From Macrostomum lignano (Eukaryota), in assembly GCA_002269645.1 (NCBI GenBank), contig NIVC01000215.1:1-64000 (forward strand): a stretch of DNA of 64,000 bases. The letters are read 5' to 3'. Position 1 is the stretch's first letter. Each line of letters starts with the position of its first letter. The notes beneath the pieces were generated by a model, which did not search any database, was not told the DNA's origin, and saw nothing but the letters and a program-made list of their open reading frames with translations. This document shows positions 51,521 to 63,299 of this stretch, piece after piece. Position numbers and translations under genes: made by a program.

Positions 51521-51571
51521 TTCCCCTGGGTTCCTGAGCTCCCAGACTAATTATACCATAATAAAACGCAG

Positions 51572-51719
51572 TACCTGCGCCTTCGCATTCGCAGCGAGCT
51601 GCATCTGGCTTACGCCCAGCCATCTGCCGGCCACGGCAAGGGCAGGCGAATCGGCCACCGGCGGGCCATGGAGACGCAGGCAGCCAAGTACACCACGGCT
51701 CACGCATATCAATGATTAG
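51572..51719 (+). CDS. Possible extra terminal (cytoplasmic-tail) exon of the ADAM10-like gene
   Basis: The stop at 50901 overlaps a good donor (cg|gtgagg). A GC-rich block follows the acceptor aaacgcag| after an intervening minisatellite, and phase 2 gives an open frame to the TAG at 51717-51719. No homology support. Confidence 0.3.
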
Positions 51720-52529
51720 CAAGCTAATTGCAATTTGCTGTGGCATCCTTCCTCCTATTTTCCTAGATAATCGTGGACTCACAATATTCCCTGTACACCT
51801 TGCCGGATGCCGCCGGGATCCCAGGAGTTGACCATAATTAAGTTACTAAGTGCCGCTCCGTGACGAATGGAAAACATAATCTTTCAATTGGAATTCAATT
51901 TCTGCATGAGCCTTTCCTACTGAGTATCTAATTATCGGCGTAAATCCTTTGCAATTACATTTTCTGTCGGCCTGTAAAATTTATCATTGCTGATGGTTTT
52001 CTTACTGTTTTATCTAATTTAGTAATTTATAACTACTGTTAGTAGGTGTACGGATTTTAGCGGGCTTTGTTTGACTAAACAAAAAACTATATGATAATTT
52101 TTGCCTTACAAAACTGGAGCAACAAAAAACTGTTTAACAGTAACAATGAGATCCAGCTCCTCAAGTCTCAGGCCGTATTGTTGAATGTGTTTCAATTTGC
52201 TATTTCCGCGTTTGTTTTCTATTCTATTATTATCTGTTTACGAAATAATGAATTTCAATCCTGCTTCATCTTGTACACAGTTGCCGGCGAGAGCTATATG
52301 CGCACAGCTACTGGCTAAGAAGTAACAAAAATATTAGCGATTTATATCTGTTCATTGTTTTTATTTGAAAGCTTAACAAAAGTTTATTCGATAGCCAATT
52401 TAAATGCCATTTAGAATATAATGCGCTTTTGTGCAATTCTTTCAAACAATATGTCCATTTCTCAATTACCCCATTTTCTGTGTTTTCTGCCTGCTCTATT
52501 AAAAATAAACGTTCGTTTAACACTTATGC

Positions 52530-52790
52530 TGAGCTTTGGCCATAGACATATGCGTATTGGCTGTGGTTGGGCGATAGACATTTCGTTGTGGTTGGGCCAT
52601 AGACGTGTGTTGGCTGTTGTTGGGCCATAGACATTTGTTTATTGGCTGTGGTTGGGCGATAGATGTTTGTGTATTGGCTGTGGTTGAGCCATAGACGTTT
52701 GTGTGTTGGCTGTGGTTGGGCCATAGACATTTGTTTTGACTGTTGTTAGACCATAGACATTTGTGTGTTGGCTGTGTTGGCCATAAATAT
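52530..52790. repeat. Short degenerate tandem repeat containing GGCCATAGAC
   Basis: TTGGCTGTGGTTGGGCCATAGAC...-type units. Confidence 0.8.
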
Positions 52791-53389
52791 TTTCTTTCTT
52801 ATGATTCAAGTTCTAGGCATCTCACTTTGAGACCTGTATTTACTTCTTTATAATTAAACCAAATTCTGTTAAGTTTAATCATTGTATTCACGAGTGCAAT
52901 TTCTAGCGTGTTATGACTTATGTTAGCAGCAAATACTTATATTGGTAATCTACCTTTTTATAAATATGTAATCTTTATTTCACTTTCTTTCTATTTTTAC
53001 GATTTTTGCGAACTGGCGCAAGTTTTACACGATCAAAATATATTGTTCACTGCGTGCTACACACAACTTCTTTCTGCATTGACTTTTTGTATATAATACT
53101 ACTGAAAATCATATAAGCAATAAAATACTGCTTTCTTATATTTAGTGCGCGATTTCACACACGTAGGCATGTCTTTAACTTGTCCGAACATCTATAATAT
53201 ATTACATTTTCTTTTACTGCATATCTCTTATATCAGTTTATTTATTTCTCAATTAAATTATACAATTTGACTGAACTCATGTTATTTATTTATGTTTACA
53301 TGCCAGAAATGGACTGCGAGGTCTTTGTCGCCTTCCTTTTGTTCCAGATTTGAACCTGTAGACTAGGGATCAGTTGGGGGATCTGCAGA

Positions 53390-54730
53390 TTGGGTATCTG
53401 TAGGCTGGAGACCAGTTTGGGGATCATTTTGTTAATCTATAGATTGGGATCAGTTTGAGGATGTTTAGATTGGGGATCAGTTTGGGGATGTTTAGATTGG
53501 GATCAGTTTGAGGATGTTTAGATTGGGGATCAGTTTGAGGATGTTTAGATTGGGGATCAGTTCGGGGATGTTTAGATTAGGGATCAGTTCGGGGATGTTT
53601 AGATTGGGGATCAGTTTGGGGATGTTTAGATTGGGGATCAGTTTGAGGATGTTTAGATTGGGGATCAGTTTGGGGATGTTTAGATTGGGGATCAGTTTGA
53701 GGATGTTTGGATTGGGGATCAGTTCGGGGATGTTTAGATTGGGGATCAGTTTGAGGATGTTTAGATTGGGGATCAGTTTGAGGATGTGTACATGGGGGAT
53801 CAGTTTAGGGATGTTTAGATTGGGGATCAGTTTGGGGATGTTTAGATTGGGGATCAGTTTGAGGATGTTTAGATTGGGGATCAGTTTGAGGATGTTTAGA
53901 TTGGGGATCAGTTTGGGGATGTTTAGATTGGGGATCAGTTTGAGGATGTTTGGATTGGGGATCAGTTCGGGGATGTTTAGATTGGGGATCAGTTTGAGGA
54001 TGTTTAGATTGGGGATCAGTTTGAGGATGTGTACATGGGGGATCAGTTTAGGGATGTTTAGATTGGGGATCAGTTTGGGGATGTTTAGATTGGGGATCAG
54101 TTTGAGGATGTTTAGATTGGGGATCAGTTTGAGGATGTTTAGATTGGGGATCAGTTTGAGGATGTGTACATGGGGGATCAGTTTGGGGATGTTTAGATTG
54201 GGGATCAGTTTGGGGATGTTTAGATTGGGGATCAGTTTGAGGATGTTTAGATTGGGGATCAGTTTGAGGATGTTTAGATTAGGGATCAGTTTGAGGATGT
54301 TTAGATTGGGGATCAGTTTGGAGATGTTTAGATTGGGGATCAGTTTGAGGATGTTTAGATTGGGGATCAGTTTGGGGATGTGTAGATTGGGGATCAGTTT
54401 GGGGATGTTTAGATTGGGGATCAGTTTGGGGATGTGTACATGGGGGATCAGTTTGGGGATGTTTAGATTGGGGATCAGTTTGGGGATGTGTACATGGGGG
54501 ATCAGTTTGGGGATGTTTAGATTGGGGATCAGTTTGGGGATGTTTAGATTGGGGATCAGTTTGAGGATGTTTAGATTAGGGATCAGTTCGGGGATGTTTA
54601 GATTAGGGATCAGTTCGGGGATGTTTAGATTGGGATCAGTTAAATGATGTATGTTTAGATTAGGGATCAGTTTGGGGATGTGTAGATTGGGGATCAGTTT
54701 TGGGATGTGTAGATTGGGGATTAGTTTGGG
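53390..54730. repeat. 27-bp minisatellite
   Basis: GGGGATGTTTAGATTGGGGATCAGTTT, about 48 copies. Confidence 0.95.
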
Positions 54731-56071
54731 GATCTGTAGAATATTGATCTACAGATCTACAATTTGAAGATTTTTTTACAAATATAGTAACTCGTTTTCT
54801 TAATCTTTAATACGCATAAGAAATCATCGTTTTAATGGGCTCTACAGGTGATATCGACCGTTGCAGAAATTTCGGCATCATTTCTCTTACAGGTGTATTT
54901 ATTGTAACAATAGTAATTAAAGCAATAGGTCTCCATTCTTCTGGATCTTATTTGTCCGTCCTGAACTGGCCTTGCCGCACTTAAAGCTGCTCCTGAAATG
55001 ATTGGGTTGGTGCAGTCTGGTTAATACAGTTTTTAATAGCGTGCATGATCATGCTAATACCCTTGGCAGCCCCCTTTGTGATGTCTGTCTATGGTCCAAA
55101 GGGCTTTTGATTCAGTGCGAAGTCAGCTGTTGGGCATGAAACCCGATGAGGCTGTCCGCGGTTGTGTAATCCTCGCTTTATTGCTATTGCTAACTGCAGC
55201 AGCACGTGTATTTTATGCTGAGAGTGTACTGTCGCTTTTGACGATCTAAAAAACGGGACGCCATAGACATTCAAGCCAGGCCACAGATCACACCCTAGTC
55301 ATGGACTTAAGCCTTTTCGCGCCGGAGCTTAGAAATGCAAAAGCTCCGTTCCTGCGGACATGGTCAGCAGGGCTGGCCATAGACTATAGCTAGAATCTTA
55401 ATGCGCCCCTGTGCAAAGCCTTTCCAGCCGAGAAGGGAGCATTTTATACTTGGCTTGGAAAATCTAGGGTCGAAAAAAGCAGTTCAAAGTGCATTTCACT
55501 TAATGCTCTCTGAATAGATAACGCAGTGTGTAGACTCGATATCTAGCAATAGACACTACAGTTCACTTTAAAATCTGCAAACAGGCCTTTTTGAAAGAGA
55601 AAGCACTGCACCTCCTTAATACGAGTAGTGCATCATTTTATTGAAAAGTAAATCAGCTACAACCATGGATATTTTGCATACATCGGATTCTGAGACTGAT
55701 GATGTCATCACAGAGAATGCTGAAACCGAGTCGCTGCATTCCATTGCAGATAAGTAGGACTTTTTTCACCCATTTTTCGTATGATCAGCGCTGCTGACCA
55801 TGCTTGGCAGGAACGGCTAATGTGCAGCTCATAACTTTTCTTTTACCATAGACTCCAAAAAATTACCAGCAGTAAAGGCTGTTGGCCCATGGTCAGCTCT
55901 GCTGAACATCCGGCAGCTTAAAGTTAAGCAGTTAAGCAAAGTCTACTGAGGGAGGCTTGGCCATAGACTATAACTTTAGACATTCAATATGGGAATCGGA
56001 CTGAGATTTTATAGCTCTCTGTCCCTCTCCCTCCTGTTTGCTCGTCTTTGGCCTGAAAGCGACCCCATTGA

Positions 56072-56340
56072 ATGGCGCCACCAATTCCTGTAGCAGATCG
56101 CCAGCGGCTGACTGATGCGATTGAACAAGAGTCAGCCATCGCAGGAGCTGCAAGAATCTTGCAAATCAAAAGAACAACCGCATTCCAAATCGCTGCCAAC
56201 TTTCGACTCGATTGCAGAGTGTGGAATCCTTTCCTCGCGGTGGTCGGAAAATGGATTTTGCAAGAGCCGATCAGGAAATGAGAGAATTATTGGTTGAGAA
56301 ACTCGATGAAAATCCTTTCCTGACGCTCAAGGAGTTCTGA
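56072..56340 (+). mobile_element. Tc1/IS630-like transposase N-terminal (HTH) fragment
   Basis: AGAARILQIKRTTAFQI, then after a frameshift PRGGRK...LVEKLDENPFLTLKE, resembling the paired-like HTH plus GRPR-like linker of Tc1-type transposases. Lies between 38-bp direct repeats (55250, 56490). Confidence 0.5.
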
Positions 56341-56710
56341 GTTACTTTTGTTTTGCCTCCGGTAACGGACACTTTGTTCACTTTTAAATATTCCAGTAGC
56401 ACCGAGATATAAAAATACCATGGTTCTTCCAAACAGTTTCGAGGTCGCAAATCGCTAATTTGACGATCTAAATGGGAATTTGGACAATCAAAACGGGACG
56501 CCATAGACATTCAAGCCAGGCCACAGACTCGGGTTGCTTGGGAATGCATAACCATAGAATGTGGAATGGACAATCAAAACGGGAATTCACCCAATTTAAC
56601 AACTCTTTGTATGTCTCGTGTTAAAGTGCTTGTGTTTTCCTTAAATTGGTTTGTACGCTCGTATACAGAGCCAAAACCAGTTCTTACCTTTCCGTTTTTT
56701 TGTTAATTTT

Positions 56711-57441
56711 TCAGCAACTAGGCGCAGATTTGACGTACTGCTTGCAATAAAACGGTTTGTTTGCCGTTGCCTCATTGTTCAACACTTCGTCGTGGCCCAA
56801 ATTCATGACGGGAAAGGTCAGATTGAATGGCTTGCACTCGATAAGCCTGCAGGATGTGCGGACAGTGTTAATGCGTAGTATGTACATGTATAGCACAGTA
56901 TTTATGTACATGTACAACCTGTACGCAGACACATGCTCACACAGGGTGTACAGTAGCCCCGACTTTCTCATCCTTAGGTGTTCACATGATCTGAGCACTT
57001 TCTGAGTCTTGGGCATTGTGTCTCACTATCTTGAATCGCACTATAGAGGCCCCCCTAATCTAATATCTGTGCACGCGAGCACCATAATGCATAAAATGCA
57101 TGGAATCGAACTCAGGCACTTAAGTTAATAAAATTTGCTCACCACGGCTTCTTAGAGACGCACTCAATCTCGTCCACAAGCACCTGAGGCGATCGGTTAG
57201 GTTTCCATGTGAACTTCATCCTGGCGATGCACTCGCTGACCGACTTGGCCTGACGTATTGAGCGCATGACGCTTCTGGCAATCCGAAAGTCCTCGGCGAC
57301 AGTCCATGCAGACCGCCAGGGCTGGGCAATGCAGTTGGCCGAGGCCTGGCCGGGGCACGTGCAGAACTGCAGCAAGATGGCGACCGTCAGCATCACCGGG
57401 AGGCATGCGGAACCCTTGCTGCTGCTGCTGCTGCTTGCCAT
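56711..57441 (-). CDS. Small secreted six-cysteine protein (144 aa), divergent IL-17/cystine-knot-like; exons 57441-57143 and 56846-56711
   Basis: MASSSSSSKGSACLPVMLTVAILLQFCTCPGQASA is signal-peptide-like. The phase-2 donor tg|gtgagc and acceptor ctgcag|g join in frame (299+136 = 435 nt). TWKPNRSPQVLVDEIEC resembles IL-17F TWDPNRYPSEVVQAQC (recalled sequence). Confidence 0.65.
56925..57120 (-). mobile_element. Second SINE family, copy in the intron of the secreted-protein gene
   Basis: Reverse complement reads GAGTTCGATTCC...GTGCACAGATATT...GAGAAAGTCGGGGCTACTGTACACCCTGTGTGAGC, colinear with 63363-63525. Confidence 0.6.
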
Positions 57442-57702
57442 GCTGAGAGGGCCTGATTTAAACTGCTGGATTAAATCAAATGGGGAGAAGCAATTCTCAA
57501 TCCCACTTACTGTTACTGTTTTATATGAGCTGTTATCAGCTGCATTGGCTGAGTACAAGCAAGCTTGAACAGATATTTATAAAGTTAAACATCCTGGATG
57601 TCTTATCAATTTACTTTAATAGTTTATTGGTTAAGCAAGCTATTTCCTTGTAATAACTATCTTAAGTCGCTCATCTAACGCGTTTGACGTCACGTGTCAT
57701 GC

Positions 57703-58090
57703 GGCATCGTTACCTCCAGGAGAAAATCCGCAGTGAGGAATGCCCTTTCTGCCTCTCCGGTGTCGAGAATGCGGAGCACTTCATCTGTGAATGCCCCGTT
57801 TTTACTCAGGAGAGGCTCACCTACCTCGGCCCAAACCCGGACCTCTCCGACGTTTTCAGGCCCGAGAATCTCCGCCAGCTTGTCCGCTACCTAAGGGCTA
57901 CCGGGCGAGCGACAATCCACCTCCTGGACTCTCCGGAGGGGGACCGCGCTGCGGACGCCGGCGCCACCGGAACTCCCTGCGCGACACCGCAGCACCAGCT
58001 GCCCGTGGTCGCCAGGGATTAGCGAAATGGGCGGCAACGCCTCCTCGCTGTTTCCGGACGCACGGAGCCCCCTGCAGCTAAGTCAAGTAA
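57703..58090 (+). mobile_element. 5'-truncated non-LTR retrotransposon 3' end (CCHC zinc-knuckle C-terminus)
   Basis: [19 protein letters not shown]...[10 protein letters not shown] motif; 14-bp TSD GTCACGTGTCATGC (57689-57702, 58091-58104); short AAGTC-like tail. Confidence 0.85.
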
Positions 58091-58849
58091 GTCACGTGTC
58101 ATGCAGTGTCCAAAACATGCATGTATACAATTTGTCTCGCAGTGTGTTTTTAACAATTTCCAGTGCATTTAGCATGGTAAAATTAGATCCAGAGCGGGCA
58201 TAAATTTAGAATATTTCCAAATAAGTCGGCAGAATATATAATTCAGGCAACAAATTCAAGACTGATTTTCGTTTGCCGATATCGATTAATCAAATCGCGT
58301 GTAGCCACTGAAGTGATTTATAGACAATTTGCTATACATGAGTGTAAAGCATCATATGTTTCCTTTTACATGTACGTAAGTGTAAAAAAAGATAGCTGAC
58401 ACTGCACACTCGTGTTCTTTAAACGGATTTCGCAAAGATATTTGCTTGAAGTGCCTTCTACGATTGGCATAGATAAAACTCGGGCAAAAATCGGTATTGA
58501 AAAATACTTGTAAACATGAGAGAACTGCAAGACATTCCTGAAAAACAACTTGGAATAAATGTGAATCGAGCTCGGACCAATTGAAGGGGGCAGAGTAATC
58601 GCAGTGTGCACGAAAATTTGCCGAGGCTGCGACAACACACAACAATTAAGCACACCGCCGCCGGGGAACAGAGTACAGTTCACAAGAGGCCAGGCGGTGT
58701 CAGATCTGTTTCTCAGTACGCGAGCTCTCTGAAGGCGGCAACAGAGTGCGACTTGCCGATCACCCCAGCATCCATCCATGCAGCAGCAGGCAATCCATCA
58801 AGTAGCGGCGCATATGGCCGTAGCCCCGGCGCCAGGGGCCCTGCATCGT

Positions 58850-59460
58850 GAGCAGCAGGACGTCCTGCACCGGTTCGAGGGCAGTGTATTATAAGCTTCC
58901 CCGCGCTCGGATGGTGTGTCCCGCCAGTTGAAGTCTTAACGCCTGCGGAGGGTCTCGCTATATAGGTGGTCGCAGTCCTGAGCTCTGGTAGAGGGCTGCG
59001 TTTGGAGACTGCGTCCGGGTAGCTATAAAGTTGAAGGCGGCTCGCAGCAGGGCCGAGTGTCGCTTCTCCAGAGCCTCTGGGTCAGCGTCCACGTCTCTCA
59101 GCGTTTGTAAGGATCTCTCAGGACGGTTGTAACCGCGCGTCTCTCAGGACGGCTTCGACTGCCGCCTGAAACAGCCCACCCTTTCAAGCGGTCTGCTGGC
59201 AGCGTGGCGTTCTGCAGTATAACCCGGATAGAGCAAAAGGCCACCCAGGCCAGGCCCCTGCATCGCGCCAAGTCCTCCTGGACATGGCGCGAGACCTCCC
59301 CCCCCCCGAGGTACGTGAAGCGCGTGCAGCGAGGTAGAATTTGTTGCATGACCGTAGATCGACACCGCGGGCAGTTCCTAAGGTACAGCTAGTCATCACC
59401 TCTGTCTTCTGGATGTTCGCCGCTAGCCCGACCGATGCTGCAGATGCCACCATGGGCTGT
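58850..59460 (-). mobile_element. Degenerate RTE-like LINE reverse-transcriptase C-terminal fragment
   Basis: Frameshifted pieces read GLAANIQKTEVM, FTYLGG, ETWTLTQR and RLQLAGHTIR, matching the RTE order GL.IN..KT / F.YLGS / ETW / RL.W.GH..R. Confidence 0.7.
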
Positions 59461-61681
59461 CAAGCAATGCGCTGGGCTCTAGCTCGCCGCAAATCGAGGC
59501 ACTTTCAGCGCCATGGATCGTCAGCAGCGTATCCCAGGAGTGACAGCGCTGCGCTTTTCCGGATGGCGGCTGCTTGAATTTCTCAAAGGACAGCAGGAAG
59601 CCGTCCTCATCTGATGGATTATCTCCTTCACGGCTGTCAGCAGCTGTCCCTGACTGTAGGCCTCTGCGAGAGCAGCCCGGCTTCATTTAGCCTCATACAG
59701 TACAGCGATCTCTTTCCTGCCACACGCACCGGGCCTCGAGTCTGATTCGAGCGCTGAACTTCCGGCTCAGTCTCCTGCAGACCGGCTGACCTTTCGTCGA
59801 CGCGCCTTGCGCGGTCATAGTCCATGGGCACACCCTCTGCGGTTTCGCTCTCGGCGTCCGAAGAATGCGGCAATCGAGCAGCGCTCCGGTGGCCGGTGGC
59901 TAATTCTGGTCATGCCTCGCCGCAGTTTGAGGCCGATAGCCGCTTGATGCGATCAAGTAGGTCCAGCACTTATACGCACACAGGCCGTATAAATAAGATT
60001 GAATCGTAAAACAAGATGGCTCACAAATATAAGATGGCTCACAAATCTAAGATGGCTCACAAAAGATGCACAGTATAGAACATCTTGTCGTTTTTCCTGT
60101 ATCTTGAGTGAGAAGCATTCGAAAGTGAATAATAGTTTATCATCTCTTCTTATACGGACGATTTTTGCTTTTACTGCTGCAATATTTCAAGACACTAGTT
60201 TAAATGCGATCACCATGAATTTGATTTTTGTTTTTCAACTTTCAACTTTTCTAAGAAGCCTTCGATTTAGGCCTATCGATTTCGATTTCGATTTTTACGT
60301 ATGGCACCAACACCACTTATAATATGATTGATATTCGATGTAAATGAAACTGAAGCCGACTGTAACTGGAGACTGGAGTTAGTTTTAAAAAAATTATAAG
60401 TGAAATTGAAAATCAGTTTCGACGTATATTCTTTTAGGGGTGGTTCAATTCCATGGTACAATGAGTTTGTGGTATGCGAGGCAGGCAGCGAGTGCGGTCT
60501 GGGTCTGCGATGCACTTTTTGCCATGTCTGCTAGATTCATTGATAGGATTATTTAACTTTTAGTCAGAATTTTCAGACAGTAGCAAGTATTTTATTAATT
60601 CCTTGTCTTATGTTTGCTGTGCATGTATACAGCTCATGCAAAAGCATTGCAATAAAGCTACAAATTGTAGGCCCTATTCAATTTTTGTCTCTAGACAAAA
60701 GAATTAATTAACAGGTGGAAGTATCAGCTTCATTTTCAAAGTGTCTTTCACTCTATTTTATTTTTATCTGCTGTTATTAATATTGATATATCATAAAAGT
60801 CAAAAGATATAATATTCTTTATTCATCATTTAATTTGTCAAAAGTTAAAAATTATTGTTTTAAAATTGCAAAGAATGTAATATCATAAAACTCAAAAGCA
60901 GTTTAACTTTAGTTATCTAAAATAATACTTTTATAAATAGGACTTTTATTAGTAATATAATGGAAAGTATATTAGCTAAAGGGCAATCTTAATCCTCTAG
61001 GGCCCTAGTTTGTTTTATAATATTATTTTAAAGTTTGATTTGGTCTTACAACATAATCATAGTGCCACAGTAGAAAATGATGTTTGTTGCCAAAAGAGAT
61101 GGCATAGGAAATCGTATCAGAAAACACTTTAGCTCTATCTATTCCTCTATAAATCACTTAAGTAAAATTTTTAACAGCAATGATGTTTACTTATAAATCT
61201 CTTTCTTTAAAATAACAAATAAATGCAACAAAATTAAGCTTTTACAATAAAAAGATAGCAAGAAGCTCAAATTCCCCCTAACTAGAAGGTACCCCCCAGG
61301 TAATAGGCATTCTTGACCCTAAATAGCAAGTATCTCTAGATGGCAAAAGTCCATAGATAACAAGTATCCCCAAAGAACAAGCAACCCGAGACAAAAAGTA
61401 TCCTCCACTCTAGATAGCAAGCATCCTTAAATGGCAAGCATCTCCTAATTATTAAAGCTCTGTCTTATCTTTCATTAATTTATTTTAGGTAACAAAGTTT
61501 TAATAATTATTTATAACAAGTTAAATAGATTTATATTTTTTTCAAGGCTCCTACCTTGACAGGTAAGATATATAAATTATTTGTCTTTCTAGGCAAAAAC
61601 AAATATTTTTACTTCCACTTTTTCAGACTTTTTTATTTTATTTTTTTACTAAATTTTCATTCATTTTCTTTTAGCTTCAGA

Positions 61682-62847
61682 ATGTCCAACAATCCAAATG
61701 CATGTCCTCAGATGAAAGAAAATCAAGATTTGGCATGCTTTCATGTTACAAAGTTATCATGGAAAGGAAAGTAAGTAAAAATGATATATTTTGCTTTTTA
61801 TAATGTAATACTATTGGCCTAATGTATATATTGTTTTATAATATGAAAATGTTTATTTGATACCAAAGTAGCTAAAGTACTAAAGTATAATTTTTTTATA
61901 AATATATAGTTTCTTTTTAGAAAGGCATGTATCTGATCTTTTAAAATTAAAAAAATTGTCTTTCATATAAGAAAATGCTAGAACATCAGCATTTAAGAGC
62001 TGTCATGATGATCATTACCAATAGGTTATCTGCTTAGAGTTATAGTGGGTTACAAAGGATAGAGATCTATTATAACATCTTATGCTATTTAATAACACCT
62101 CCATTTTAATATTTAAGTGCAAATATCACTTGGAATTCTAAGAATTATAATAAAAGATTTGTTCTTGTTCTGCAGGCACTCATTTTAGTGCCGAAGGCAC
62201 TCATTTTAGCGCCCTGAAACAAATTCTTGCTTTCCACAATGTGTCACGTGGGGTTGGAGGACAAAGCATTGTCATGTCCTCCCCATAGCTTTTACTTGGG
62301 GGGGGGGGCATGTCCCCCAGTCCCCCCCCCCGCACCCAGCGGCGACGTTCCGGTGCTCTGCCCCCTTCAGTTGAAGTGCTTTTTGCAATATGTTGATCCG
62401 CAACTGCCTGTCCCTCAGGTACAAGCGCATATTCAGCATAGGCACGCAGGGCATCACTACGTACAATCCCCAGACTCTGGAAATCACCAACCAATGGCTC
62501 TACAGCGATTTCTTCAACATCCTGCCCAATCCGAAGGGCGGCCCTCAGGAGCTCATTATTCAGATGAAGAAAGTCGGCGGCAACAAGAAGGATCAGATGA
62601 AGTTCGCCTCAGACCATCGGGCCGACATCCTGACTGAGGCGCTGCGATTTCAGCACCAGTTCGCTGAGACGCCAAGAACGCCGGCCAGGTTCAACACATT
62701 CAAGCAGCACTGGTCAGACACGCGAAAGAATGTCGTGCTGGCCGTCAACTCTGCCGGCCTGTGCCAGTTCGATCCTGTCAGCAACTCGCTGCTGTGCACC
62801 TACGATTATAAGGACATCGAATGCCTGCTGCTGGTCAGTGTAGTAGT

Positions 62848-62892
<45 letters not shown>

Positions 62893-62897
62893 ATAGC

Positions 62898-62937
<40 letters not shown>

Positions 62938-63270
62938 GCAGCAGTAGTAGTAGTAGTAGCAGTAGTAGTAGCAGCAGTATTAGTAGCAGCAGTAGTAGTA
63001 GTACTTGTGTAGTAGTAGCAGATGTGATAATACTCGGCAGAATAAATAATAATTTGTGTTTTTGCAATTATCAGTAGTAATCAAACCAGAAGCACAAGAA
63101 ACTAATATTACAATTCAGAAGAAGATTTTGCATGTGCTGAAAAGCCTGCACTGGCTGTATAGTTTAAAATGGATCCCGATAACAGCTCTCGCCTAATCCA
63201 ATCCCTGTCTTTCAAGATTCCCGACCTACCCGGCGGAATTTCCGTCGTTTGCGGCGGCTTCGGACGCAAT
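61682..63270 (+). CDS. DNAJC13: DNAJC13/RME-8, first three coding exons (61682-61770, 62419-62833, 63217-63270); continues beyond the window
   Basis: MKENQDLACFHVTKLSWKGK|YKRIFSIGTQGITTYNPQTLEITNQW ... LTEALRF ... KQHWSDTRK ... CTYDYKDIE ... GGFGR matches the RME-8 N-terminus. GT-AG sites are in phase, and the window ends on an acceptor-like tttgcag. Confidence 0.93.
62840..63020. repeat. (AGT)n/(AGC)n microsatellite, RME-8 intron 2
   Basis: Begins immediately after the donor at 62834. Confidence 0.95.
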
Positions 63271-63299
63271 GTGAGTTTTTATGCGCTTTTCTACATAAA

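Noticed and set aside
53508-54647. 379-aa MFRLGISL repeat ORF
   Set aside because: It is a 27-bp minisatellite lacking stops in one frame; no independent coding evidence.
59460-59960. GC-rich block with several 60-90-aa ORFs
   Set aside because: No recognisable motif; likely a decayed part of the adjacent retroelement.
62714-63067. Poly-Leu / poly-Val membrane-like ORFs
   Set aside because: They are translations of the (AGT)n microsatellite in the RME-8 intron.
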